Shown: positions 37,894 through 46,608 of the stretch, one piece after another
Position numbering within the stretch: the stretch's first letter is position 1
Layout of the letters: the number at the start of each line of letters is the position of its first letter
DNA from: a phage
Strand: one strand, 5' to 3'
DNA length: 64,000 nt
Sequence record: PX880102.1
The notes under the pieces: model-generated
What the model was told of the DNA's origin: nothing
The model's input: the letters and a program-made list of their open reading frames with translations, nothing else
Database searches by the model: none
Position numbers and translations under genes: made by a program

Positions 37894-38223
37894 TCAATTA
37901 GAAAATAAATTTATCCAAGACTGTTCTTTAATTAAAAATGGCTCAGAATCATATGCCATTAAACTTTGGGTGATTAGTCCTTTAAAAGGTCCATCAATAA
38001 ATTCCATGGTAAAATATGGAATTTTATTCATTAATCTTGCATTAGGAGCAGTACACAAAACTCTGCATCCTTTGAATACACCTTTTTGTAATTTGTATTG
38101 CTTAGGATAAAATTCGCTCAAGACGTTGTTATTTGCCAAAATTTCAAAATGATTCACCAATTTATTTTTAATAGTTTTTGGCGAAAAATAAAGATATTCG
38201 AAAAGCTGTGTGTCTGTCATCAT
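37894..38223 (-). CDS. Hypothetical protein
   Basis: Start placed at MMTDTQ, giving ATGA-type overlap with upstream gene. Confidence 0.4.
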   Translation of the reverse strand: MMTDTQLFEYLYFSPKTIKNKLVNHFEILANNNVLSEFYPKQYKLQKGVFKGCRVLCTAPNARLMNKIPYFTMEFIDGPFKGLITQSLMAYDSEPFLIKEQSWINLFSN

Positions 38224-38759
38224 TGCATTCCGATTACGAAAAACTGCGGACGAGTAATACCACCAATGCAACATTTACTATTACAGCAGTGTTGCACAGT
38301 TTCAATATGAATATCATAAATTTTATCCATATCAGGAGATTTAACAGGCTCATCGATTATATACAAAATTCGCGAAAGCGATAAACCTCTGAACTTGCTT
38401 CCTTTATTACCGATAAAACTACGGACAGAATCAGTAAATAAGCGGAATCGAATATCATCACTAGAATAACGAGAAAATTCTTTTTTAATGTGGCCCGCAG
38501 AAATTTTAGCGTAAGCTGAAGTATTAGAAAGAACAATAACTGTTCCACCATCATACAGCCAATTAGCAGCAAAGTTAGTCACAGCAGTTGATTTACCGGA
38601 TTGACGTCCACCATCTAGTCGAAGTGTGCAATACTGTTTGAGTAAGTCTTCAAATGGTAGGATATAATCGTTTTTACAAATTTCTTCTACTCTAGCATCA
38701 GAATGGTATGTAAAAGCATTCATCAGGGATAGATAAGGACCAGTTAAAAATGTTCTCAT
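38220..38759 (-). CDS. P-loop NTPase of unknown function
   Basis: Walker A GGRQSGKST; start placed at MRTFLTG. Confidence 0.5.
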   Translation of the reverse strand: MRTFLTGPYLSLMNAFTYHSDARVEEICKNDYILPFEDLLKQYCTLRLDGGRQSGKSTAVTNFAANWLYDGGTVIVLSNTSAYAKISAGHIKKEFSRYSSDDIRFRLFTDSVRSFIGNKGSKFRGLSLSRILYIIDEPVKSPDMDKIYDIHIETVQHCCNSKCCIGGITRPQFFVIGMQ

Positions 38760-38912
38760 TTTATTCTCTCTAAATTTGGGCCATTCCATGGCGCATGAAT
38801 TGTCCATTTCTGTATTTACCCATTACCGCACTTGGGCTCGACCTTATTACAGGTTGGCGGGAATCCCTCATAGAATCGTGAGGTCCAGCTTGTTCCCATA
38901 TTTCTTATTTGC

Positions 38913-39386
38913 TTATTTGAATGATTTGACGTACTGAATAGAGCCTTTACTATTCACGAAAGCGATTTTACCATTTTTGTTATACATTGTAGCAGTACGC
39001 TGATAACCATAAGTTTGTTTACCAGATTGATAACCAACTAATGCAAAATTATCTTCGCCCATTTTATTCTGTTTGGCGCGGATACGTTCATGACCGTGCG
39101 CCATAAGAACCTTAGCATCGCCAGTTGAAATTGATCTACGAGTTTTTTCATCTTCAACTGTATTAACAAAGTCGTCAAATGAATCAAATTTAGCATGAGA
39201 TTTATTATACAGTTTTCCATCTACTGCATAATTATATCCCTGTACATCCATCTCAACTTCTGTACCATCATCCAATACAGCAGTAATTTTTTGACCTTTT
39301 TTAAATTTCAAAAGATCAGTAAAAGATTCAGCAATAATTTGAGAATTAATAGCTGCTTCAGTGATAAATTCTTGATATGTTTTCAT
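38913..39386 (-). CDS. Internal-protein-like head protein with capsid targeting sequence
   Basis: 157 aa; N-terminus MKTYQEFITEA is the T4 internal-protein capsid-targeting leader. Confidence 0.65.
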   Translation of the reverse strand: MKTYQEFITEAAINSQIIAESFTDLLKFKKGQKITAVLDDGTEVEMDVQGYNYAVDGKLYNKSHAKFDSFDDFVNTVEDEKTRRSISTGDAKVLMAHGHERIRAKQNKMGEDNFALVGYQSGKQTYGYQRTATMYNKNGKIAFVNSKGSIQYVKSFK

Positions 39387-39395
39387 ATATTTCCT

Positions 39396-39812
39396 TTAAA
39401 TGTAAATATTTTTGCCGTAGTATTTATACCAGTGTGGCTTCATTAAAATTTTTTCATTGAGTCGTTGTTGACTCAATTTAATAGCTGATTTGCATGGGTT
39501 ATAATCATTTTTCCATTCTGCTGAAATATCGCTGATGTCAGGAACTTCAGTATCTTTTATACTGAACCCACGTTTTAAGCATTCCGTTATAATGTCTGAT
39601 TGACGCTTTCGCAAAAATTCTAACTTATCGTAAAAGAACGTAACATGACCAGAACCTAAAATAAACTCGGAAGATATTTTAAAATCTTTAACCCGTTTAC
39701 CATTTGCCACATGTTTACGAACTATACCAAAAACACGTGGCAATTCACGGTATTCTGCGATTAAATGTTGATCAGCAAGTTCAGATACTAAAGTCAAATT
39801 AATACGAGTCAT
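39396..39812 (-). CDS. denV: Endonuclease V (pyrimidine dimer glycosylase) DenV
   Basis: 138 aa; N-terminal [17 protein letters not shown] matches T4 DenV from memory. Confidence 0.92.
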   Translation of the reverse strand: MTRINLTLVSELADQHLIAEYRELPRVFGIVRKHVANGKRVKDFKISSEFILGSGHVTFFYDKLEFLRKRQSDIITECLKRGFSIKDTEVPDISDISAEWKNDYNPCKSAIKLSQQRLNEKILMKPHWYKYYGKNIYI

Positions 39813-39837
39813 TTTATCCCTCCAAGTAATTGTGAAT

Positions 39838-39867
39838 ATACTATCACAATTCTAGGAGAAAGTAAAC
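39838..39867 (-). promoter_or_regulatory. T4-type early promoter upstream of denV
   Basis: GTTTAC and GTGATAGTAT on minus strand. Confidence 0.55.
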
Positions 39868-39871
39868 AACT

Positions 39872-40402
<531 letters not shown>

Positions 40403-40858
40403 TTAAAAGAGGCTGTTCATTATTCGGTAAAGTGAAGGACCCATCACATATTGCCACTGAGTACGAGGAATAAGGGCAAAAGCATCCATCTCTGGAATCA
40501 TAACACCATCTTTATTTTCAAAATAAGACTCGCAATGGCAATTTCTAAACATCTCATGCTCTACTGGAATCGTATAATAAAATAACTGTAAGTCTTTATT
40601 ACTAGAATATTTAAATACACCTAGGTCTTCTAGAAGGTCTGGATTATAATTGTTAAAACCAGTCTCTTCTGAGCATTCTCTTTTTGCAGCTTCCAGTGCA
40701 TTCAAATCAGAACTTTCTACACGCCCCTTTGGAATATCCCAGCGATGTGCCATCATTCCAGGTTTACGAGAACCAGTAACTCGTCCCATAAATAAATCTT
40801 TATCTTCTGTCATAAAGATAATACCAGCTGATAATGTTTTCATTTTAATTTCCTGCAT
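40403..40858 (-). CDS. nudE: Nudix hydrolase NudE
   Basis: 151 aa; Nudix box GRVESSDLNALEAAKRECSEETGF. Confidence 0.85.
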   Translation of the reverse strand: MQEIKMKTLSAGIIFMTEDKDLFMGRVTGSRKPGMMAHRWDIPKGRVESSDLNALEAAKRECSEETGFNNYNPDLLEDLGVFKYSSNKDLQLFYYTIPVEHEMFRNCHCESYFENKDGVMIPEMDAFALIPRTQWQYVMGPSLYRIMNSLF

Positions 40859-41328
40859 TCAGTGATAAAATTATTTAAATTTTGAGTATATTTCTTTTCA
40901 TCAAAAATCTTTTGTTGTCTGCGCATCCGCCATGGCATTTCAATGAACATGTACCATATTCCTGATAATATTGATGCTGTAAAAATATTAACAAGTATGG
41001 TTAAAAGAATCCAATCTCCTATTCTGTCCATTGGATTTTTTATAAAAAAGTAAAATACGAATGATGACACAGGAAGACTAATGATATACCACAGAATCAT
41101 AATCTTATCTGTGAACCATTCAGCATTCGTTAACTTAGCACGACCATTATGAATACACACGAATTTATCATCTGTTACCATAGATGGCTTAACTGCTTGA
41201 TATCCCATTCTAAACTCCCTAATTAATCGTTTCTTTGTATCTTCAGAACAGCCACTCCAGTCAACTCCATCAACTGAAATGCCATCGTCCCCATCATCTA
41301 AATCATACCAGCGAGTTTTTAAAATCAT
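40840..41328 (-). CDS. Hypothetical membrane protein, paralogue family member 1
   Basis: 162 aa; TM segments; C-terminus FITECRKLK. Confidence 0.5.
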   Translation of the reverse strand: MILKTRWYDLDDGDDGISVDGVDWSGCSEDTKKRLIREFRMGYQAVKPSMVTDDKFVCIHNGRAKLTNAEWFTDKIMILWYIISLPVSSFVFYFFIKNPMDRIGDWILLTILVNIFTASILSGIWYMFIEMPWRMRRQQKIFDEKKYTQNLNNFITECRKLK

Positions 41329-41699
41329 TTAATTTTCCTACAATCACTCACAAACTCTTTCATTGATTCATTTTCAATATAAGACATGTAGTTATTATAT
41401 TCTTTTAATTGTATTTTGTAATCCTTTTTTCTTTGCCAATTTATTTTAAAATTATCATAATGAAAATATAAAATAATACCAAAGAATGAAAATAATGAAA
41501 TTGCTATAGTATAATGAAGTTCACTCCAAACTTCTATTATATCTACTATACCGCTGACGTTACTGCGGATGTTTAAAATAAAACAGTCAATTAGCAATCC
41601 AATAAGACTACCCGCAAGAGCTGCAAATACTGACACAGCAAGAATTAATAGTGCCTCGGGAAACGAATATTTGACTTTATTTAGTTTTGGCTTTTGCAT
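41325..41699 (-). CDS. Hypothetical membrane protein, paralogue family member 2
   Basis: 124 aa; two TM segments; C-terminus FVSDCRKIK. Confidence 0.5.
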   Translation of the reverse strand: MQKPKLNKVKYSFPEALLILAVSVFAALAGSLIGLLIDCFILNIRSNVSGIVDIIEVWSELHYTIAISLFSFFGIILYFHYDNFKINWQRKKDYKIQLKEYNNYMSYIENESMKEFVSDCRKIK

Positions 41700-42073
41700 C
41701 GTGATTCCTTAACAAATTTCATAATTTCATCAAATTCATACGCAGCAAGTTTAAGCTGATGTTCTTTTTTAATCTTTTTGCACCGGGCTTTCCAATCACG
41801 TACACGTTTACGATAGTGTCTTCCTTGATACCAGTATCCTACCCAATTCACAGGTACTAATAAAAGCGGAACTACCAATGGAAGAATTAGTGTTGCTCCA
41901 AATATTACACCAGATTCAATATCAGTCATAACGTCTATAACCATTCCAGCAATTAGCAAAATCACAAATGATACAGCTACCACAGGACCTATTAACACAT
42001 CAGTAGAAATTAGCTGACGCTTTGGTTCATACTTCACTGGTTTACTTGGAAGGTATAGTGATGGCTTTGACAT
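41681..42073 (-). CDS. Hypothetical membrane protein, paralogue family member 3
   Basis: Track start at 42094 is a TTG; ATG at 42073 with AAGGAA Shine-Dalgarno used; C-terminus FVKESRCK. Confidence 0.5.
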   Translation of the reverse strand: MSKPSLYLPSKPVKYEPKRQLISTDVLIGPVVAVSFVILLIAGMVIDVMTDIESGVIFGATLILPLVVPLLLVPVNWVGYWYQGRHYRKRVRDWKARCKKIKKEHQLKLAAYEFDEIMKFVKESRCKSQN

Positions 42074-42656
42074 ATTCTCTACATTCCTTAACAAATTTTT
42101 CTAATAATAAATCGCTTTCAAAATTAGGATTTTCCACGAATTTATCAAAAAGATCATCAACAATAGTTAAGATATTCTTTTTACTAAGAATACGTTTATT
42201 TTCATATTTTGTTTCAGAATCAACTATAAGAGTAAAGAAATATTTCTTTCCCTGAAATTTTACCGTAGTATCAATATAGAACAAATTTGACTTTTGTAAA
42301 TTACGTTTAAACCATGCATCACTTAAACTATAAACGCCAAGATAATCATAATCGTCATTTAAATAACAAACTGTCCATTCAGGAGAAATGAAATCAGTAA
42401 ATTCAACATCAAAATCACACGTCAATGAATGAATTGATTCAATACTGTTAATGAGTATTCCAGGACGTATTAAAGACTTTTTACCTCTAGAAAATCTTCC
42501 GGAAAGGCTTTCATCAGTTTCATATGAAGACCCCCAATAGTAATTACGTCCTTCTGCCATGCGTTTAAGAGCATTTAGTAATTGGTCTGGAACATCAACC
42601 TGTCTTTGGAACTCTTCAAACATTGAATTGAAATCACTTTGCATTTTCATTTTCAT
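42042..42656 (-). CDS. Hypothetical protein
   Basis: 204 aa; C-terminal KFVKECREYVK resembles tails of the three downstream membrane proteins. Confidence 0.5.
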   Translation of the reverse strand: MKMKMQSDFNSMFEEFQRQVDVPDQLLNALKRMAEGRNYYWGSSYETDESLSGRFSRGKKSLIRPGILINSIESIHSLTCDFDVEFTDFISPEWTVCYLNDDYDYLGVYSLSDAWFKRNLQKSNLFYIDTTVKFQGKKYFFTLIVDSETKYENKRILSKKNILTIVDDLFDKFVENPNFESDLLLEKFVKECREYVKAITIPSK

Positions 42657-42675
42657 TCCTATTTACTCCAAGTAT

Positions 42676-42693
42676 AAGGGGCCGAAGCCCCTT
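42676..42693 (-). terminator. C(UUCG)G hairpin
   Basis: GGGGC-UUCG-GCCCC on minus strand. Confidence 0.55.
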
Positions 42694-42697
42694 ATCA

Positions 42698-43291
42698 TTA
42701 TTTCAGAGAATTAATGTATTCCTGAACATCGGCAGAGGTAGTTTCAACCCCAGAAATATTACCGTTAAAGGTTTCAACTCGAGCAAGGGTATCTTCAATA
42801 TCAACCTTAGTCAGTGCTGCAATTTCAACTACATCATCGGCAGTACTAATTCCAAGGGCATTTGCTGCACGAGTTTCACGGATATATTCCAATTTAACCG
42901 CAAGTTCTTGACGAGCATCATCTAACTCAACTACTTTCTTGGCGATTTCAATTCGCATTTCAGCATAACCGTCAGCTTTAGTAGTCAACTGCTCAGCTGT
43001 TCGACGATATAGTAAACCGAGTTTAGCATGCATTGTTACATCTTGACCCTCGGAAAGAAGTTTACGAATTTCACGCTCTTTTGATTCGGCTTGTCGATTC
43101 TTTTCGACAATAAGTTCACGAATACGTTTTTCTTCATTAATAGATTTAACAGAAGCAGTTTTTAGATCTTTAATTTTATCAAGCAGTTTTGCTGCTGCAG
43201 CAGTATACTGTTCTTCAACAGATAGATTTTTAGCCATAGCAGAACCAAGTTTAGTGCGAATAAATTCAACAATTTTCTTCAGTGTGTTCAT
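42698..43291 (-). CDS. Hypothetical coiled-coil protein (possibly PspA/IM30-like)
   Basis: 197 aa, predicted all-helical with heptad pattern; family assignment unverified. Confidence 0.45.
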   Translation of the reverse strand: MNTLKKIVEFIRTKLGSAMAKNLSVEEQYTAAAAKLLDKIKDLKTASVKSINEEKRIRELIVEKNRQAESKEREIRKLLSEGQDVTMHAKLGLLYRRTAEQLTTKADGYAEMRIEIAKKVVELDDARQELAVKLEYIRETRAANALGISTADDVVEIAALTKVDIEDTLARVETFNGNISGVETTSADVQEYINSLK

Positions 43292-43333
43292 AGTATTTCC
43301 TTAGGTTGATTAAAAATAAAATCTGTGGAAGAA

Positions 43334-43879
43334 TTATATCATACTATTTAAGAGATGTAAACTATTTTTAATTTTACAAATTCGTTCAGCTTCTTCAACG
43401 GCGGCGGCGATGATGCTTTTAGCTATAGGAGTACTAATACTAGTAGCTTTTACACTTAACACGATTTCTTTATCTTTACTAGGCCAACCCCATGATTTTT
43501 CACCATGAGTGCCTTTAATTACAGCAGACACCTCAAGTGAGCATCCACTGTCACATGTTTTTACATTAACAACCCAAGGGTCACTTTTCTCAACCGATTT
43601 CTCAGCCGGTTTATCCCAGTAAATATTAAGAATACGTGGGACATCAAATTTAGCAGGGCAAATCTTAACTGTAAGACCTTCGCTTTCTAGCCAATTAATA
43701 AGAGGGCGTTCATACATGCGGCGATGTGGGCTTTGGACTCGACAAGCCTTGTGCCCATTGCTTGCGGCTTCACTAAGCTGTTCTAATACCTGTTTTTGCA
43801 TTATTGATAAGATATCATCAAAAGATTTTTCGGAAGTTTCATTCAGTTCGGTATAAAGAGACATAACGGTTTTCCTCAA
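43334..43879 (-). CDS. Hypothetical protein
   Basis: ORF track 181 aa. Confidence 0.45.
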   Translation of the reverse strand: MRKTVMSLYTELNETSEKSFDDILSIMQKQVLEQLSEAASNGHKACRVQSPHRRMYERPLINWLESEGLTVKICPAKFDVPRILNIYWDKPAEKSVEKSDPWVVNVKTCDSGCSLEVSAVIKGTHGEKSWGWPSKDKEIVLSVKATSISTPIAKSIIAAAVEEAERICKIKNSLHLLNSMI

Positions 43880-43920
43880 ATTGTAGGCTCATAATATCTC
43901 AATCATGAGCCTATGTAAAC

Positions 43921-44238
43921 TTATTTCATATTATTGAAATATTCTTCTGCGATTTCGTCGTTATCGTGGTAAACTTTAGAAGACAGTTTAACATAACCTT
44001 CTGCTGTGAACATGTTAATCACAACCTTTACAGTATACCACTGTCCGTCTTCATTACCCATTACTGCGTAAGTTTCAAACATCGGATGGTCAGGACCGAT
44101 AACTTTAATATCATTCACTGTACGACCGAAATCTTCTGAAACGCATTTCATAAAGAAGTTGAACAGTTCGCCGTAATTATCCATTTCATTCTCCAAGTTG
44201 TTTTTCTGTATCAGTAGTTGATAGTTGTATAGTACCAT
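43921..44238 (-). CDS. Hypothetical protein
   Basis: ORF track 105 aa; early promoter upstream. Confidence 0.45.
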   Translation of the reverse strand: MVLYNYQLLIQKNNLENEMDNYGELFNFFMKCVSEDFGRTVNDIKVIGPDHPMFETYAVMGNEDGQWYTVKVVINMFTAEGYVKLSSKVYHDNDEIAEEYFNNMK

Positions 44239-44258
44239 GGACGAACAGGGATGTAAAC
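44227..44258 (-). promoter_or_regulatory. T4-type early promoter
   Basis: GTTTAC and TGGTACTAT on minus strand. Confidence 0.55.
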
Positions 44259-44360
44259 CGTTTTGTGAAAAATTTTTTAAAAAGTTTTAGGGAATTCTAG
44301 GGCAGGGATGGGCAATTAAAGGATAGGATAATATATTATAAAGGGTAGAAACTAAATGAT

Positions 44361-44390
44361 GCCTAGAGAGGCCTGGAAAGGCCTAGATAC
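44361..44390. repeat. Three tandem 10-bp direct repeats GCCT(A/G)GA(G/A/T)A(G/C)
   Basis: gcctagagag gcctggaaag gcctagatac read directly, immediately 5' of terminator. Confidence 0.5.
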
Positions 44391-44391
44391 C

Positions 44392-44418
44392 AAAAAGCCC
44401 CAACCTTTTGGTCGGGGC
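44392..44418 (-). terminator. Intrinsic terminator downstream of internal-protein-like gene
   Basis: 9-bp stem with one mismatch, 4-nt loop, U-run on minus strand. Confidence 0.6.
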
Positions 44419-44426
44419 TAAGAATG

Positions 44427-44900
44427 TTATTTGATTTGTTTAGCAGACCAAATGCGGTCTTTAATAATTTTTTGAATGTCTTCAACATACTCAAGAGAGT
44501 GAACATGTGGATTATCTTTGAAACTATAAGCACGGGCTAACTTTTGGCCTTCGGTTTTGATTACTAAAAGCTCTTTAAGGATAGCTTCATATTTAGAGAT
44601 AATTCCTTTAACGATATTTTTTTCTTGTGCAGCTTTAGGATCTGCTTTAGGAGCAGGTTTACCCGAAGCCTTTGCAAAAGCAGCGCCAGTAGCAACTAGA
44701 CTTTTCCAGGCCATACTAACCGCATTTCCCGTAAATCCTTCTGCTTTCATGTCGCGAGCAAATTGGAATCGTGATTCGTCAGAAGCATCTTTATAGGAAT
44801 ATTTACCCGCTGCAATGGCTGCTTTTGCGACAGCTTGAATTTCGGTGCTAGATGCTTCATTTAACACCGCTTCATTTAAAAATTGAGTATATGATTTCAT
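44427..44900 (-). CDS. Internal-protein-like head protein with capsid targeting sequence
   Basis: 157 aa; N-terminus MKSYTQFLNEA resembles the internal-protein leader; terminator follows. Confidence 0.55.
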   Translation of the reverse strand: MKSYTQFLNEAVLNEASSTEIQAVAKAAIAAGKYSYKDASDESRFQFARDMKAEGFTGNAVSMAWKSLVATGAAFAKASGKPAPKADPKAAQEKNIVKGIISKYEAILKELLVIKTEGQKLARAYSFKDNPHVHSLEYVEDIQKIIKDRIWSAKQIK

Positions 44901-44950
44901 CTTATTTCCTGTTTTAATTCGTGGATTTAATATACTACTATATTTATACT

Positions 44951-44978
44951 AAAAAGCCCCAACCTTTCGGTCGGGGCT
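44951..44978 (-). terminator. Intrinsic terminator at end of candidate small-RNA region (near-copy of 44392..44418)
   Basis: Same GCCCCAACC/GGTCGGGGC hairpin followed by U-run on minus strand. Confidence 0.6.
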
Positions 44979-44980
44979 AA

Positions 44981-45287
44981 GCCTTGCGGCAACCTTGTCG
45001 GGGTTCCACCTGCTAAGGCAAGTGTTTGTACGAAACGCCGGGATTCGAACCCGGTTATTAAGCAGTTGACGCTACTCAATATTTTTAAAAGGCCATATCT
45101 CGACCATATCCGAACGTTCCGTCAAAAACGCTACTCGGCTTACGGCAAAGATATTTCCTCGAATCGATAATTCTGTGCGCCGTTTCTGCTGTGATGTAAG
45201 AGGGCATCAATAAACGCAAGGATTATTAACGCAATTCCTTACTCAGGGAACATCAGTCCGACAACTTACCGGTAGCGACCCGGTTTC
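44981..45287 (-). ncRNA. Candidate small stable RNA(s) downstream of tRNA cluster (position of T4 species 1/2 RNAs)
   Basis: 307 nt with no ORF of 60 aa or more; tRNA-like T-arm CCGGG-TTCGAAT-CCCGG at 45038..45054; intrinsic terminator at 44951..44978. Confidence 0.4.
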
Positions 45288-45638
45288 TTAATATTCTTTT
45301 AAAGCATAAATCTGTTTACGGCGTTCACGCCATAAATCAATTGCTTCATACGCGGATTCAACATTTCGAATTGGACGGCATTTATATAAAGATTTGTGAT
45401 TTTGATATTGCGTAGATAACGGAATTTTATCTAAAAGGTCTTTACGTTCAAAGTATTCGTAACCATCTAAGCCAAATGAACGATTTTTGAGAAATTGCCA
45501 ATGACCAAATTCGTTTTGAATATAAATATAATCCGCGTGTTGATAAAGTAAATTAATTTCACGAAATGAGATATGTTTTTCATATTCATTGAAGTAAAAT
45601 GTTAAATCATGAACTACTAAATAAACATTACCTTTCAT
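45288..45638 (-). CDS. Hypothetical protein between tRNA-Arg and small-RNA region
   Basis: ORF track 116 aa. Confidence 0.45.
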   Translation of the reverse strand: MKGNVYLVVHDLTFYFNEYEKHISFREINLLYQHADYIYIQNEFGHWQFLKNRSFGLDGYEYFERKDLLDKIPLSTQYQNHKSLYKCRPIRNVESAYEAIDLWRERRKQIYALKEY

Positions 45639-45654
45639 ATTTTCCTCACTTAAT

Positions 45655-45730
45655 TGGTCGAGGCAGTAGGGATCGAACCTACGACCTAGGACTTAGAAGG
45701 TCCTTGCTCTTCCTTCTGAGCTATGCCCCG
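45655..45730 (-). tRNA. tRNA-Arg (anticodon TCT)
   Basis: Manual fold: 7-bp acceptor, T-loop GGTTCGATCC, anticodon loop CTTCTAA, CCA encoded. Confidence 0.8.
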
Positions 45731-45734
45731 TAAT

Positions 45735-45810
45735 TGGGGTGACCGATGGGAGTCGAACCCATGACTACGAGAATCACAATCTCGAGTTCTACCAACTGAA
45801 CTACGGCCAC
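45735..45810 (-). tRNA. tRNA-His (anticodon GTG)
   Basis: Manual fold: acceptor with one GU pair, anticodon loop TTGTGAT, discriminator C, CCA encoded. Confidence 0.75.
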
Positions 45811-45924
45811 ATTAATACCTACTCCAACAATCAAGATGTCTTCACACGAAATTAAGAGAAGAGTGATCAGTTCAACCCCTATAATCGCGTCAAGTAGATA
45901 TTATTGTGACAGTTGTCACAAATT

Positions 45925-45999
45925 TGGCGGACGTGATAGGATTCGAACCTATAACCAATCGCTTAACAGGCGATCGCTCTGCCATTGAGCTACACATCC
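45925..45999 (-). tRNA. tRNA-Asn (anticodon GTT)
   Basis: Manual fold: anticodon loop CTGTTAA, discriminator G, CCA encoded. Confidence 0.75.
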
Positions 46000-46003
46000 A
46001 AAT

Positions 46004-46090
46004 TGGTGGGGAGTGATGGAGTCGAACCACCCGAGTCGCAATGACAATGGATTTACAGTCCACACCGCTACCTCTACGGGATAACTCCCC
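46004..46090 (-). tRNA. tRNA-Tyr (anticodon GTA), long variable arm
   Basis: Manual fold: perfect 7-bp acceptor GGGGAGT/ACTCCCC, anticodon loop CTGTAAA, 87 nt. Confidence 0.75.
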
Positions 46091-46103
46091 TTAATTCTTA
46101 ATT

Positions 46104-46178
46104 TGGTGGCCCTGGGTGGAATTGAACCACCATCTGGCGATTATGAGTCGCTTGCTTGAACCTTCCAGCTACAGGGCC
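46104..46178 (-). tRNA. tRNA with CAT anticodon (Ile2-type by T4 synteny, or Met)
   Basis: Manual fold: acceptor GGCCCTG/CAGGGCC, anticodon loop CTCATAA. Confidence 0.75.
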
Positions 46179-46179
46179 T

Positions 46180-46255
46180 TGGTGCTGATTGACGGAATCG
46201 AACCGCCGACCTTCTCATTACAAGTGAGTTGCTCTACCTACTGAGCTAAATCAGC
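46180..46255 (-). tRNA. tRNA-Thr (anticodon TGT)
   Basis: Manual fold: acceptor GCTGATT/AATCAGC, anticodon loop CTTGTAA. Confidence 0.75.
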
Positions 46256-46260
46256 AAAAC

Positions 46261-46350
46261 TGGCGGAGGCGATAGGATTTGAACCTATGAGTCGCCGGAG
46301 CGACTGCCGGTTTTCAAGACCGGTGCATTAAACCACTCTGCCACGCCTCC
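46261..46350 (-). tRNA. tRNA-Ser (anticodon TGA), long variable arm
   Basis: Manual fold: acceptor GGAGGCG/CGCCTCC, anticodon loop CTTGAAA, discriminator G. Confidence 0.8.
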
Positions 46351-46352
46351 AG

Positions 46353-46426
46353 TCTCCATACAAGGATTTGAACCTTGGACCTCCTGATCCCAAATCAGGC
46401 GCTCTACCAAACTGAGCTACACGGAG
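46353..46426 (-). tRNA. tRNA-Pro (anticodon TGG), CCA not encoded
   Basis: Manual fold: acceptor with two GU pairs, anticodon loop TTTGGGA. Confidence 0.7.
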
Positions 46427-46436
46427 TAAATTAAAT

Positions 46437-46510
<74 letters not shown>

Positions 46511-46515
46511 AAATT

Positions 46516-46602
46516 TGGTGCGAGAAGTGGGACTCGAACCCACAAGGAAATCATTCCGCAGCATTTTAAGTGCTGTGCCTTTACCAATTTGACCATTCTC
46601 GC
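46516..46602 (-). tRNA. tRNA-Leu (anticodon TAA), long variable arm
   Basis: Manual fold: acceptor GCGAGAA/TTCTCGC, anticodon stem CAGCA/TGCTG, loop CTTAAAA. Confidence 0.8.
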
Positions 46603-46608
46603 GCTATA

